Shown here piece by piece: positions 37,051 through 45,317 of a stretch of DNA of 64,000 nucleotides. Each line of letters opens with the position of its first letter. Position 1 is the first letter of the stretch. The stretch is from an uncultured candidate division Zixibacteria bacterium (GTDB taxonomy: Bacteria > Zixibacteria > MSB-5A5 > UBA10806), in NCBI GenBank assembly GCA_963801605.1, contig CAWDFP010000006.1, positions 1,216,001 to 1,280,000 on the forward strand, written 5' to 3'. The notes under the pieces are model-generated. The model was not told the origin of the DNA, did not search any database, and saw only the letters and a program-made list of their open reading frames with translations. The position numbers were made by a program, and so were the translations under genes.

Positions 37051-37087
37051 CCGGCTTAATTTAAATATTATGTAAACATTTCTATAG

Positions 37088-38032
37088 ATGTGCCGAAACA
37101 GATATTGTATGGTTACGTCTATGCCAGAGAGCCTGCAGCGCTACCTCGATTACCTCAGTCTCGAGAGAGGCTTAGCTAATATGAGTCTCGAATCCTATCG
37201 CAACGATATTGAGAAGTTTCGTCATTATCTCGAAGAGCGTAAGCTTGCTCCGGATAAGCTGCGGCAAACGGACTTGACCGGCTTTCTCGAATACTTGCGT
37301 AAGAGCGGCATGGCGCCCAGTTCTATTGCCAGAAATTTGAGCTCCATTAAGGGATTTTTTCGCTTCTTAAAAAAATCCGGCGAAACTAACAGCAACCCGG
37401 CCGAGTCAATAACCGGCCCCAAGCTTTTCAGGCCGCATCCCGGAGCACTTTCGGTCGATGATGTCTTTAAGCTTTTGGATGGCGCCAGGCTGGCTCGTAA
37501 AAGCGATAAGACCAAAAAATGTATGGTGCTTCGGGACCAGGCGCTTTTGGAATTCCTCTACGGCACCGGGGCCAGAGTATCCGAGGCCGCCAATGCTAAG
37601 AAGGCCGACCTTTATTCCGAGATGGGACTTGTCAGGCTCTTCGGCAAAGGGAGCAAGGAGCGAGTGGTTCCAATGGGCAAAGTGGCCTGGGCGGCGGTGA
37701 AAGAATATCTCGATGGTTGCAGGCCCAAGCTGGTCGGAGCTCTAAGCGCCGATTACCTGTTTCTGAATAATCGCGGCGGGCAACTCTCTCGTATGGGGAT
37801 TTGGAAGATACTCAATAAATATGTGACCCTGGCAGGCATCACAAAAAATGTCAGTCCGCATACGCTCAGGCATAGCTTTGCAACTCATCTTTTGGCTGGT
37901 GGGGCGGATTTAATTGCAGTTCAGGAGCTTTTGGGTCACGCTGATATCACTACAACCGAAATATACACACATCTCGATAACGATTTCTTAATCTCTGAGC
38001 ATCGGGAGTTCCATCCCAGGGAAAAATGGTAA
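37088..38032 (+). CDS. xerD: Site-specific tyrosine recombinase XerD
   Basis: ERGLA, TGARVSE, GKGSKER, HTLRHSFATH, LGH and catalytic Y in TTEIYTH; likely start ATG 37121. Confidence 0.88.
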   Translation: MCRNRYCMVTSMPESLQRYLDYLSLERGLANMSLESYRNDIEKFRHYLEERKLAPDKLRQTDLTGFLEYLRKSGMAPSSIARNLSSIKGFFRFLKKSGETNSNPAESITGPKLFRPHPGALSVDDVFKLLDGARLARKSDKTKKCMVLRDQALLEFLYGTGARVSEAANAKKADLYSEMGLVRLFGKGSKERVVPMGKVAWAAVKEYLDGCRPKLVGALSADYLFLNNRGGQLSRMGIWKILNKYVTLAGITKNVSPHTLRHSFATHLLAGGADLIAVQELLGHADITTTEIYTHLDNDFLISEHREFHPREKW

Positions 38033-39006
38033 CGCTTTTAGAAAGAGAAGTTGGCCACGAGGCCAGGGTACAATCGCATAAATTACATTGCGGTTTATGC
38101 CAGCGCAATGTTGCCATCGAGGCAATGTTGACTGCTTCGCTTTCCGGTTACGAGGTCGTCATCCATCACTTCGATACCATCAGCGCTCTCTATGAACAGA
38201 ACCAGCGTTCCTATATCGATCTGATCGTCTTTGCGGCCGGCGAGGACCCCGAATGGTTGATGCCCTTAGTGCGCGAGATAAAGGCTCACTCAATTCTGCA
38301 ATTTATCCCCATACTGATCTTTGCGCCGGCGGCGGGGAAAAATTATGTTGTTGAGGCCTACCGCTTGGGAGTCGAGGAGTGCATTACCGGTTTCTGGGAT
38401 CATCAAATCGAGGCTGCCAAGATTGAGATGCTGATATTCCGTTCGCGGCGCGATCTGAGCGTCAACCCATCCTCGAAACTGCCCGGCCCCAACGCCATCG
38501 AATATGAGATCGATAAACGCCTCCAGATCGGTGATAAGTTCGCGGTCTGCTATGGCGATCTCGATAATTTTAAAGCTTATAACGATTATTACGGTTATGT
38601 TTATGGCGATAAAATGATTCGGATAACGTCGCTGATCATCCGCAACGTTGTACAGGATTTAACGCCGCAGGGATTTGTGGGGCATATCGGCGGTGACGAT
38701 TTTATCTGGATTGTGCCGGTGGAGATGGTGGACCCCATCTGCAAAAACATAATCGCTACCTTCGATCGCATGGTGCCGTTTCGCTACGCCGAAACTGATC
38801 GAAATCGCGGCTGGATCGAGGTTGCCAACCGTCGCGACGTGGTGGAACGATTCCCGATCATGAGCATCTCTATCGCTGTGATAATCAATCAGAAGCGGAT
38901 GTTCAAACATCCCGGCGAGATGAGCCACATGATGGCCGATCTCAAGAAATACACCAAATCCCTGCCCGGCTCCAACTACATGGTTGAGCGCCGCAAAAAA
39001 TATTAA
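38026..39006 (+). CDS. Diguanylate cyclase with degenerate receiver domain
   Basis: DLDNFKAYND, GD, GHIGGDDF; N-terminal REC-like fold lacks the phospho-Asp (DLIVFA). Confidence 0.82.
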   Translation: MVTLLEREVGHEARVQSHKLHCGLCQRNVAIEAMLTASLSGYEVVIHHFDTISALYEQNQRSYIDLIVFAAGEDPEWLMPLVREIKAHSILQFIPILIFAPAAGKNYVVEAYRLGVEECITGFWDHQIEAAKIEMLIFRSRRDLSVNPSSKLPGPNAIEYEIDKRLQIGDKFAVCYGDLDNFKAYNDYYGYVYGDKMIRITSLIIRNVVQDLTPQGFVGHIGGDDFIWIVPVEMVDPICKNIIATFDRMVPFRYAETDRNRGWIEVANRRDVVERFPIMSISIAVIINQKRMFKHPGEMSHMMADLKKYTKSLPGSNYMVERRKKY

Positions 39007-39034
39007 ATCCCAAAAAAATAATTATTTAGCTGCC

Positions 39035-39283
39035 GTTGGTCAGGTCGCCTGCGACCTGACTCTTTTTGATGGCGCATTTTATGCGCGCGAAAAAGTAGCC
39101 GGGGGTCCCTGTGGTCCCCGGCTTATTTTTCATCTTTGGCTGTAGCATCAGGTCCCCGAACCTGATGCATAGGGTAGGTCGGGTTCCGGCGGTGGCATGC
39201 TTCCCGAGTCCCTTGGACGAGGAAAGCTTGTGCAGGGCTAAATGAAAATAAAAATGGCGCCAGGCCGTTTGACCTGACGCCAC
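39035..39283. repeat. Cluster of REP-like palindromes in convergent intergenic region
   Basis: Hairpins at 39035-39060, 39095-39123, 39142-39168, 39174-39207 (degenerate) and 39255-39283, headed by GTAG/GTTG/GTGG. Confidence 0.7.
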
Positions 39284-39303
39284 TTGTAACTCGTAACTCT
39301 CTC

Positions 39304-40552
39304 TTACATCCCGTACATCTCGATAATCTCTTTTTTGCCTTTGCCAAGAATATTGTATTTGGCGCCGACTTTCGTGAAGGCGGCAATAGCCAGATCGAGA
39401 TGATGACTTCTCATGCGCCGCTGAAAGCTGGGTGCGAATCCTGGCCGCGCCTTTGGGCACCACCGGGAAGAAGAATCCTACCGCGTAAATCCCTTCGGCG
39501 TAAAGATCGCGGGCGAAATCCTGAGCCAGCTTGGCGTTGTAGAGCATTACCGGCACGATCGGGCTGTCGCCTTCTTTAAGATCGAATCCGGCTTTCTCCA
39601 AAGCGCTTCGCCAATATTTTGTATTCCATTCCAGCTTATCGCGACGTTCGGTGGTTTTGGAAATCAGGTCCAGCACCCGAATCGCTCCCGCCACTATCAC
39701 CGGCGCTACAGTATTGGAGAATAGATACGGTCTGGCGCGTTGACGGCACAGCTCCACCAACTCGCGACGACCGCTGACACAGCCACCCGATGCGCCGCCG
39801 AGCGCCTTGCCCAATGTGGTTGTGATGATATCGATCTTGCCGACTACGCCGCAATGCTCGTGCGTACCGCGACCGGTCTTGCCGATAAAGCCCGATGAGT
39901 GCGATTCATCGACAAATACCATCGAATCATATTTTTCGGCCAACGCCACAATCTCGTCAAGCTTGGCCAGGTCGCCATCCATTGAGAAAACGCCATCGGT
40001 GATAATCATCCGGAAACGCTTATCCTGATGTTCCTGAAGCTTTTCCTCGAGATGCCCCATATCGGAATGCTTATAGGTGTCCTGCATCGCTTTGCAGAGA
40101 CGCATACCATCGACAATCGAGGCATGCACCAGGCGATCGGCTATCATGATATCTTTATCTGTTAAAATTGCCTCGAAAACGCCGGCGTTGGCATCCATAC
40201 AGGATGGAAACAGCAGGGTGTCCTCGGTGCCGAGGAAGGTTGTCAGCTTGCTTTCCAGTTGACGGTGAATATCCTGGGTGCCGCAGATAAAACGTACCGA
40301 TGACATTCCGTAGCCGCGGGAATCAAGTCCCTCATGCGCCGCTTTGATAACCTCGGGATGGCTCGATAGCCCGAGATAATTATTAGCGCACATATTGATT
40401 ACTTTTTTAAGCTCGGCGCCGTTGGGAAATTCCACCACAATATCGGCGTTCTGAGGAGCGTGAATATAGCGCTCCTCCTTGAAAATCCCGGCATCCTTAA
40501 TACCACGAATTTCAGTTTGATATATTTCGCGGGATTTATCACTGTAAGCCAC
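39304..40552 (-). CDS. kbl: Kbl-like alpha-oxoamine synthase (glycine C-acetyltransferase paralog) in the ACP operon; apparent +1 frameshift near 39406
   Basis: [32 protein letters not shown] Lys in TLGKALGG; removing one T restores AHEKHHLDLAIAAF...MYGM and a stop at 39304. Confidence 0.85.
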
Positions 40553-40611
40553 GCTTACCTCCTAACATCAACATTTTACGAATTGATCAAATTCTACGCC
40601 AGGTTCGCAAG

Positions 40612-40869
40612 TTATGCTTTTGTGAATCGATTTACCAAATCCACAATTTTGTTGACCGAATCGAATGCTTCCGGCGATGCATCGGCATCCGGTATTGTGA
40701 TAGTGTATTTCCGTTCCAGGAACCGCTTGAGCGAAACCATCGAAAAGGAATCGACGATACCGCCTGAAATGAGCGGGGTGTTCTCGTCCACAGTACGGTC
40801 ATCATCTTCTTCCAGATATTCACGTTTGACGTAGTCCAGTACGACCTTTTTCATCTCATCCATACTCAT
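40612..40869 (-). CDS. Stand-alone acyl carrier protein
   Basis: 85 aa, acidic, GIVDSF phosphopantetheine attachment motif, C-terminal F.SV..I. Confidence 0.9.
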   Translation of the reverse strand: MSMDEMKKVVLDYVKREYLEEDDDRTVDENTPLISGGIVDSFSMVSLKRFLERKYTITIPDADASPEAFDSVNKIVDLVNRFTKA

Positions 40870-40971
40870 TCATCCTTTCAGAAATATTGTTAATATTATT
40901 ATTTTTCAATTTCCTTATCACTTACCGGATATTTTCATCCGATAAATGTATGACCCGCGACTCATGACTCC

Positions 40972-42678
40972 CTAATCATTTTCAAGAGTCGAAATATCGC
41001 CGATCGGCTCGCCCCATTCCTGGGCGCGTAATACTCGACGCATAATCTTGCCGCTCCTGGTTTTGGGCAGCGATTTTACAAATTCGATCTCCTGCGGCAT
41101 TGCCAATGGCGACAGCCTCTTTCTGATAAAATTCATGATCTCGAGTTCCAGATCGTCACCGGGTTCAAAACCGGGCTTTACTGCTACAAATGCCTTAACC
41201 ACTTCCATATTGACCGGATCAGGCTTGCCCACGGCTGCCGATTCCGCTACCGCCGGATGTTCCAACAGCGCCGATTCTATCTCGAACGGCCCTACCAGGT
41301 GACCGCCGGTGTTGATAACATCATCATCGCGGCCGACAAACCAGTAATAACCCTCTGCGTCGATACTGGCTCTGTCGCCGCACAAATACCAACCATTCTT
41401 GAATTTATTTTTATATATCTCTTCGTTTTTCCAATAAGTGCGGAACATCGAGGGCCACCCCGGACGAAGCGCTATCAGGCCAACCGTGCCGACATTATTG
41501 ATCGGCTCGAATGTCTTGGGATTGACCACCGTGGCGGTTATGCCGGGGAATGGTTTGCCCATCGAACCGGGTTTAATCGGCATACCGGGATAGTTGGTAA
41601 TAACTATTGAACCGGTTTCGGTTTGCCAGAATGTGTCGTGGAACATCTTCCCAAACGCCTCTTTCGACCAGATGACCGCCTCGGCATTTAGAGGCTCGCC
41701 TACGCTGCAGAGATGACGAAGACAGCTTAGGTCAAACTTTCTGACCAGATCAGTGCCGTCACGCATTAAAAGCCTGATGGCCGTGGGGGCTGAATACCAG
41801 ACCGTGATTTTATGTTTTTGAATGAAGGCGTACCATTTCTCGGAACTGAAACCCGCATCGAGCACTGCCTGCGTTACGCCGTTTACCCAGGGCCCGATAA
41901 TTCCATAGGATGTGCCCGTTACCCAGCCGGGATCGGCATTACACCAGTAGATATCATCGTCTTGTAGATCGAGTACCCATTTGGATGTTAGGTATTGCGA
42001 GATAAGCGAATAATGCACATGTTGGGCGCCCTTTGGCTGGCCGGTAGTCCCCGATGTGTAATGCAGCACTGACGGCGTCTCCGCTACTGAGGGGTAAGCA
42101 TCCCAATTTTCCACGCGAGGCTCGGTTTCCATATTGAAAGCGACCTCACGTTCGCGAAGCAGCGAGGAATCATCTGCATCAACTACAATGATATGCCGAA
42201 TTTCGGGTAGCTGCTTTAGTATTTTGCGCACTTTCGCGACATGCTTTTTCTGAGTCAGTATTGCTGATGTTTTAGCGTTATCAAGTCTCGTAAACAGAGA
42301 TTCATCGCCGAATGCCGAAAATAACGGTTGGGCAATTCCGCCCATCTTGAGGATTCCCAAAAACGAAATATAAAGCTCCGGTACTCTATCCATGAAAATG
42401 CAGATGCGCTCGCCCGGCTTGAGACCCAATTTGGTGAAGAAGCTGGCAAAAGTATTCGAGAGTAGGCGAAGATCGTTGTAGGTAAATGTTTTATTATTGC
42501 CAAGATGATCTTCCCAAATCATCGCTTTCTTGGCGCCTTTGCCCTGGTTGCAGATACGATCGCTGCAGTACCATCCGATATTTATTTTATCGCCTTTTTT
42601 GTATCCAAGCTCTTTTTCGGAAATTGACCAATCAAATCCCTTTAATCTCTGTTCATACGATTCAATGTTTGACATCAC
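40972..42678 (-). CDS. acsA: Acetyl-CoA synthetase-like adenylating enzyme (possible acetate--ACP ligase)
   Basis: YTSGTTGQPKG, ADPGWVTG, SVGEP, WQTETG, GRDDD, LPKTRSGKIMRR. Confidence 0.85.
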   Translation of the reverse strand: MMSNIESYEQRLKGFDWSISEKELGYKKGDKINIGWYCSDRICNQGKGAKKAMIWEDHLGNNKTFTYNDLRLLSNTFASFFTKLGLKPGERICIFMDRVPELYISFLGILKMGGIAQPLFSAFGDESLFTRLDNAKTSAILTQKKHVAKVRKILKQLPEIRHIIVVDADDSSLLREREVAFNMETEPRVENWDAYPSVAETPSVLHYTSGTTGQPKGAQHVHYSLISQYLTSKWVLDLQDDDIYWCNADPGWVTGTSYGIIGPWVNGVTQAVLDAGFSSEKWYAFIQKHKITVWYSAPTAIRLLMRDGTDLVRKFDLSCLRHLCSVGEPLNAEAVIWSKEAFGKMFHDTFWQTETGSIVITNYPGMPIKPGSMGKPFPGITATVVNPKTFEPINNVGTVGLIALRPGWPSMFRTYWKNEEIYKNKFKNGWYLCGDRASIDAEGYYWFVGRDDDVINTGGHLVGPFEIESALLEHPAVAESAAVGKPDPVNMEVVKAFVAVKPGFEPGDDLELEIMNFIRKRLSPLAMPQEIEFVKSLPKTRSGKIMRRVLRAQEWGEPIGDISTLEND

Positions 42679-42702
42679 TTTTCCCTCTAATCATGTACGA
42701 AT

Positions 42703-43080
42703 TTATGATTCCAATATCACATTTGCCGAGGCCCATTCTGCGGTATGCGACAAAGAGACGAAGATATTTTTTATCCCCAGCCGCTTGGCCGTTTCCCGCA
42801 CCCCACCGCATAGTATAATAAACGGTTGACCGTTTTCCCTGTTTTGTATATCGATTTCAAGCCAGGACATTTCCGGCGTCAAACCGGTTGAAAGAGCCTT
42901 GAGTAACGCTTCCTTGGCGGCAAACCTGGCTGCAAAATGACGTTCGGGATAGCGCTTGCATTCGCAGTAAGATATTTCTCCCTGCGTAAATATACTGTCT
43001 TTGATGCCGGAACCGTTGCGATCAAGCTCGCGACGCATTCTGGCGACTTCAAAAATATCATTGCCAATCCCGACGATCAT
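42703..43080 (-). CDS. acpS: Holo-ACP synthase (phosphopantetheinyl transferase)
   Basis: GIGNDI, F...E, AARFAAKEALLKAL, G.P, SLSH. Confidence 0.93.
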   Translation of the reverse strand: MIVGIGNDIFEVARMRRELDRNGSGIKDSIFTQGEISYCECKRYPERHFAARFAAKEALLKALSTGLTPEMSWLEIDIQNRENGQPFIILCGGVRETAKRLGIKNIFVSLSHTAEWASANVILES

Positions 43081-43108
43081 CTCATTGTATTACCGAGTCT
43101 CTGTATTG

Positions 43109-43146
43109 TATGCGTCAGGATGGAAAGCTTCCAACATCCAGACGCC
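43109..43146. repeat. REP-like palindrome inside the operon
   Basis: GCGTCAGGATG-loop-CATCCAGACGC; 32/38 identical to 50596-50633. Confidence 0.65.
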
Positions 43147-43159
43147 TAAACTCACAGCT

Positions 43160-44273
43160 CTACTTGCGCTTCATCGCTTCGTCCAATTCCTTTTTATCCG
43201 GGAACAGAACTATCTTACCGGCTTTTCTTTCCTTAAACGGCACCAGTAACTTGTCGAATCCAGCCGCAAAATCCTGAAGCGCCATTTTGTGTGTTACCAC
43301 CGGGGAAACATCAAGCCGTTTTGGATGCCAATAAATTCCTGACTCGATACCAGGTATCGAACATCTTACGTCCGTTGATACCATGAATCTGGCATCCTTT
43401 GAAAACGATACTGTTATTGTAATCGATTGTCATTGTAGGTTCAGATAACACCCCAAACGCTGAAAAGCGTCCGCCCTTGCGAAGCATCCCGAAACCTTCC
43501 TGGATCGCCTGCTGGACTCCTGCCATTTCCACAACAATATCAGCCCCATAGCCGAAGGTATGATCCTTGACATAGCTTATGCGATCAATCTTGGCGTCAT
43601 CAGCGTAAAGGATATGATCGGCTCCCATCCGACGGCCTAATTCGAGATTAAACGGGCTCATTCCAACCATAAAGATATTAGTGATGCCAACCGCGCGTGC
43701 CACACCCACCGCAAATAGCCCGATTGGGCCATCGCCTAAAATAACCATTGATTTGCCGGCCACGTCATTATCCTCGCCTAATACAGCGTAAGTGGCGTTA
43801 CCCAATGGTTCCTGAATCGTGGCATATTCCGGCGGGATCGATTTGTCATTCACCCAGCAAACCACCTCCGGGATAGCCACATACTCCGCGAAAACGCCGT
43901 CGCGATCCACACCCAGGATTTGCATTCTCTCACCCAGATGCATCTGGCCTAACAGCGCCTGCAAATCACCGGAATAGGGGATATGTGTTTCGGCGGAGAT
44001 GTAATCTCCAATCGCGATCTTTTTGACGAATTTGCCTTTATCGACAACTACGCCCGCCACTTCATGGCCGAGTATCTGAGGCAGGCCCTTGGCCCCGATC
44101 CTCTTGTCCGACCAATCATCCCATTTATAAATATGAACATCAGTTCCGCAAATGGATGTTGCGCTGACTTTTACCAGCACCTCATCATCACCTATAACTG
44201 GCAGCGGTACTTCCAGAAGCTCCGCACCTTTTTCCGCTTTGGTTTTCACCACGGCCATCATTTTTTCGGCCAT
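43160..44273 (-). CDS. tdh: Threonine 3-dehydrogenase-like MDR zinc oxidoreductase (divergent); apparent +1 frameshift near 43320
   Basis: ICGTD, WDDW, GHE, AETHI, GDGPIG, HGINGRKMFDTW; removing one A joins it to KRLDVSPVVTH...GKIVLFP. Confidence 0.8.
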
Positions 44274-44688
44274 TTATTTCACCTCTTCAAAACACAAGTT
44301 ACACATTTAGTTTCCCAATCTAATTCTTTATCTCCATGCAGGCAAATCATTTTTGGCCATAATAAACTGCGCTTGGTTTTTGCAGGAGAGTTCAAATTCA
44401 ATAACTGCCGTCGAGCATTTTCGCGCCGTCAAATTGCTTAGACAATCATCGAGTCGAACGTGCAACAGATCTTGTTCAAGGCCTTTATAAAACCGATTCA
44501 GAATGGGGTTTCTCCATCGCCTATAGGAATTAATCAATATTTTATCGGGTCTCGAAGTTGCGCCAGGATTTCCTGCATTAAAATAACGCTCGTAAGATAA
44601 TATATCATAAAGATTTGCATATCCGTAAACGCTTGCTCAGAGTGGCATGTTAATTGCCATAATATTGGAATGGAAATTGGGTGAATTT

Positions 44689-45177
44689 ATGAAATTTAGA
44701 TACTTGATTACAATTTTGGCAATCCTCGCAGTTTTTGAACCGGTTGCTCTAGCAGGTCCCGGCCGCACAAGTGCCGTATTTTACTTGTCAGAAAACAGCC
44801 TTGATTATGCCAATAATATTAATTATGTCCCGGATGATACTCATCAGTTGTCTTTTACTTTGCGGTTTGAACATTCCCGGGACGCCATAAGTTTCTCTCA
44901 GGAATCTATTTCACCTCAAAAGCGAGGTGCTGCCAGGTCGGACGCCCAAACGAAGAAAGTGATTTATCTGGTTTGTGCCGCAAGGTACAGCACCAGGGCG
45001 GACGCCGAACGGCATGTGGAAACCTTACGCCGTTTCGGTTTTTCGTCGAAAATCGAATTAAAAGACCGGGACAACTTCAGGGTTGTGCTGGAAAAAACGG
45101 ATCAAAGATTGAAGGCAGAAAAAGCAAAAACCAGTTACGAGAAAAGGGGGGTGTCCTGTTTTATTGAAGAAGAGTAG
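44689..45177 (+). CDS. Secreted SPOR-domain protein
   Basis: Signal peptide; C-terminal Y.V..A.Y.....A......L...GF.....FRV...A pattern. Confidence 0.65.
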   Translation: MKFRYLITILAILAVFEPVALAGPGRTSAVFYLSENSLDYANNINYVPDDTHQLSFTLRFEHSRDAISFSQESISPQKRGAARSDAQTKKVIYLVCAARYSTRADAERHVETLRRFGFSSKIELKDRDNFRVVLEKTDQRLKAEKAKTSYEKRGVSCFIEEE

Positions 45178-45213
45178 TTTCCTCCTTTTGGGTGAGTCCC
45201 GACCTGTAGTTCC

Positions 45214-45247
45214 AAGGGGGCCTGGTCCACGGCCCCCTTCTTTATTT
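45214..45247 (+). terminator. Intrinsic terminator
   Basis: AAGGGGGCC-loop-GGCCCCCTT followed by CTTTATTT. Confidence 0.65.
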
Positions 45248-45261
45248 GACTCTAATTAATA

Positions 45262-45312
45262 GTAGGTCAAATCTCTTCAGAGATTTGACGCTCAGCTTTG
45301 GAGATTTGACGC
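45262..45312 (+). repeat. GTAG-headed REP-like palindrome with a duplicated right arm
   Basis: GTAG GTCAAATCTC TTCA GAGATTTGAC; GAGATTTGACGC is repeated at 45301. Confidence 0.65.
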
Positions 45313-45317
45313 CCAGA

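Noticed and set aside
37088..38032. Phage or island integrase
   Set aside because: Length and motifs fit housekeeping XerD; no phage, att-tRNA or conjugation genes are nearby
38560..38710. Hypr GGDEF (cGAMP synthase)
   Set aside because: The guanine-selecting Asp in YGYVYGD is retained rather than replaced by Ser/Thr
39026..39303. Long C-terminal extension of the Kbl-like protein (508-aa ORF)
   Set aside because: Artefact of a +1 indel near 39406; the corrected frame gives a normal Kbl C-terminus stopping at 39304, and the extension runs through palindromic repeats
39007..39303. CRISPR array
   Set aside because: The hairpins differ in sequence, are not direct repeats with regular spacers, and no cas genes are present
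39304..43080. Sphingolipid/Spt or biotin BioF cluster
   Set aside because: The oxoamine synthase has Kbl signatures (SVRFICGTQ), the ligase has an acetate-sized pocket, the reductase is Tdh-like, and no bio or ceramide-synthase genes are adjacent
43311..43313. Selenocysteine or stop readthrough at the TGA ending the tdh-like ORF
   Set aside because: The protein continues in a different frame, so this is an indel and not an in-frame recoded stop
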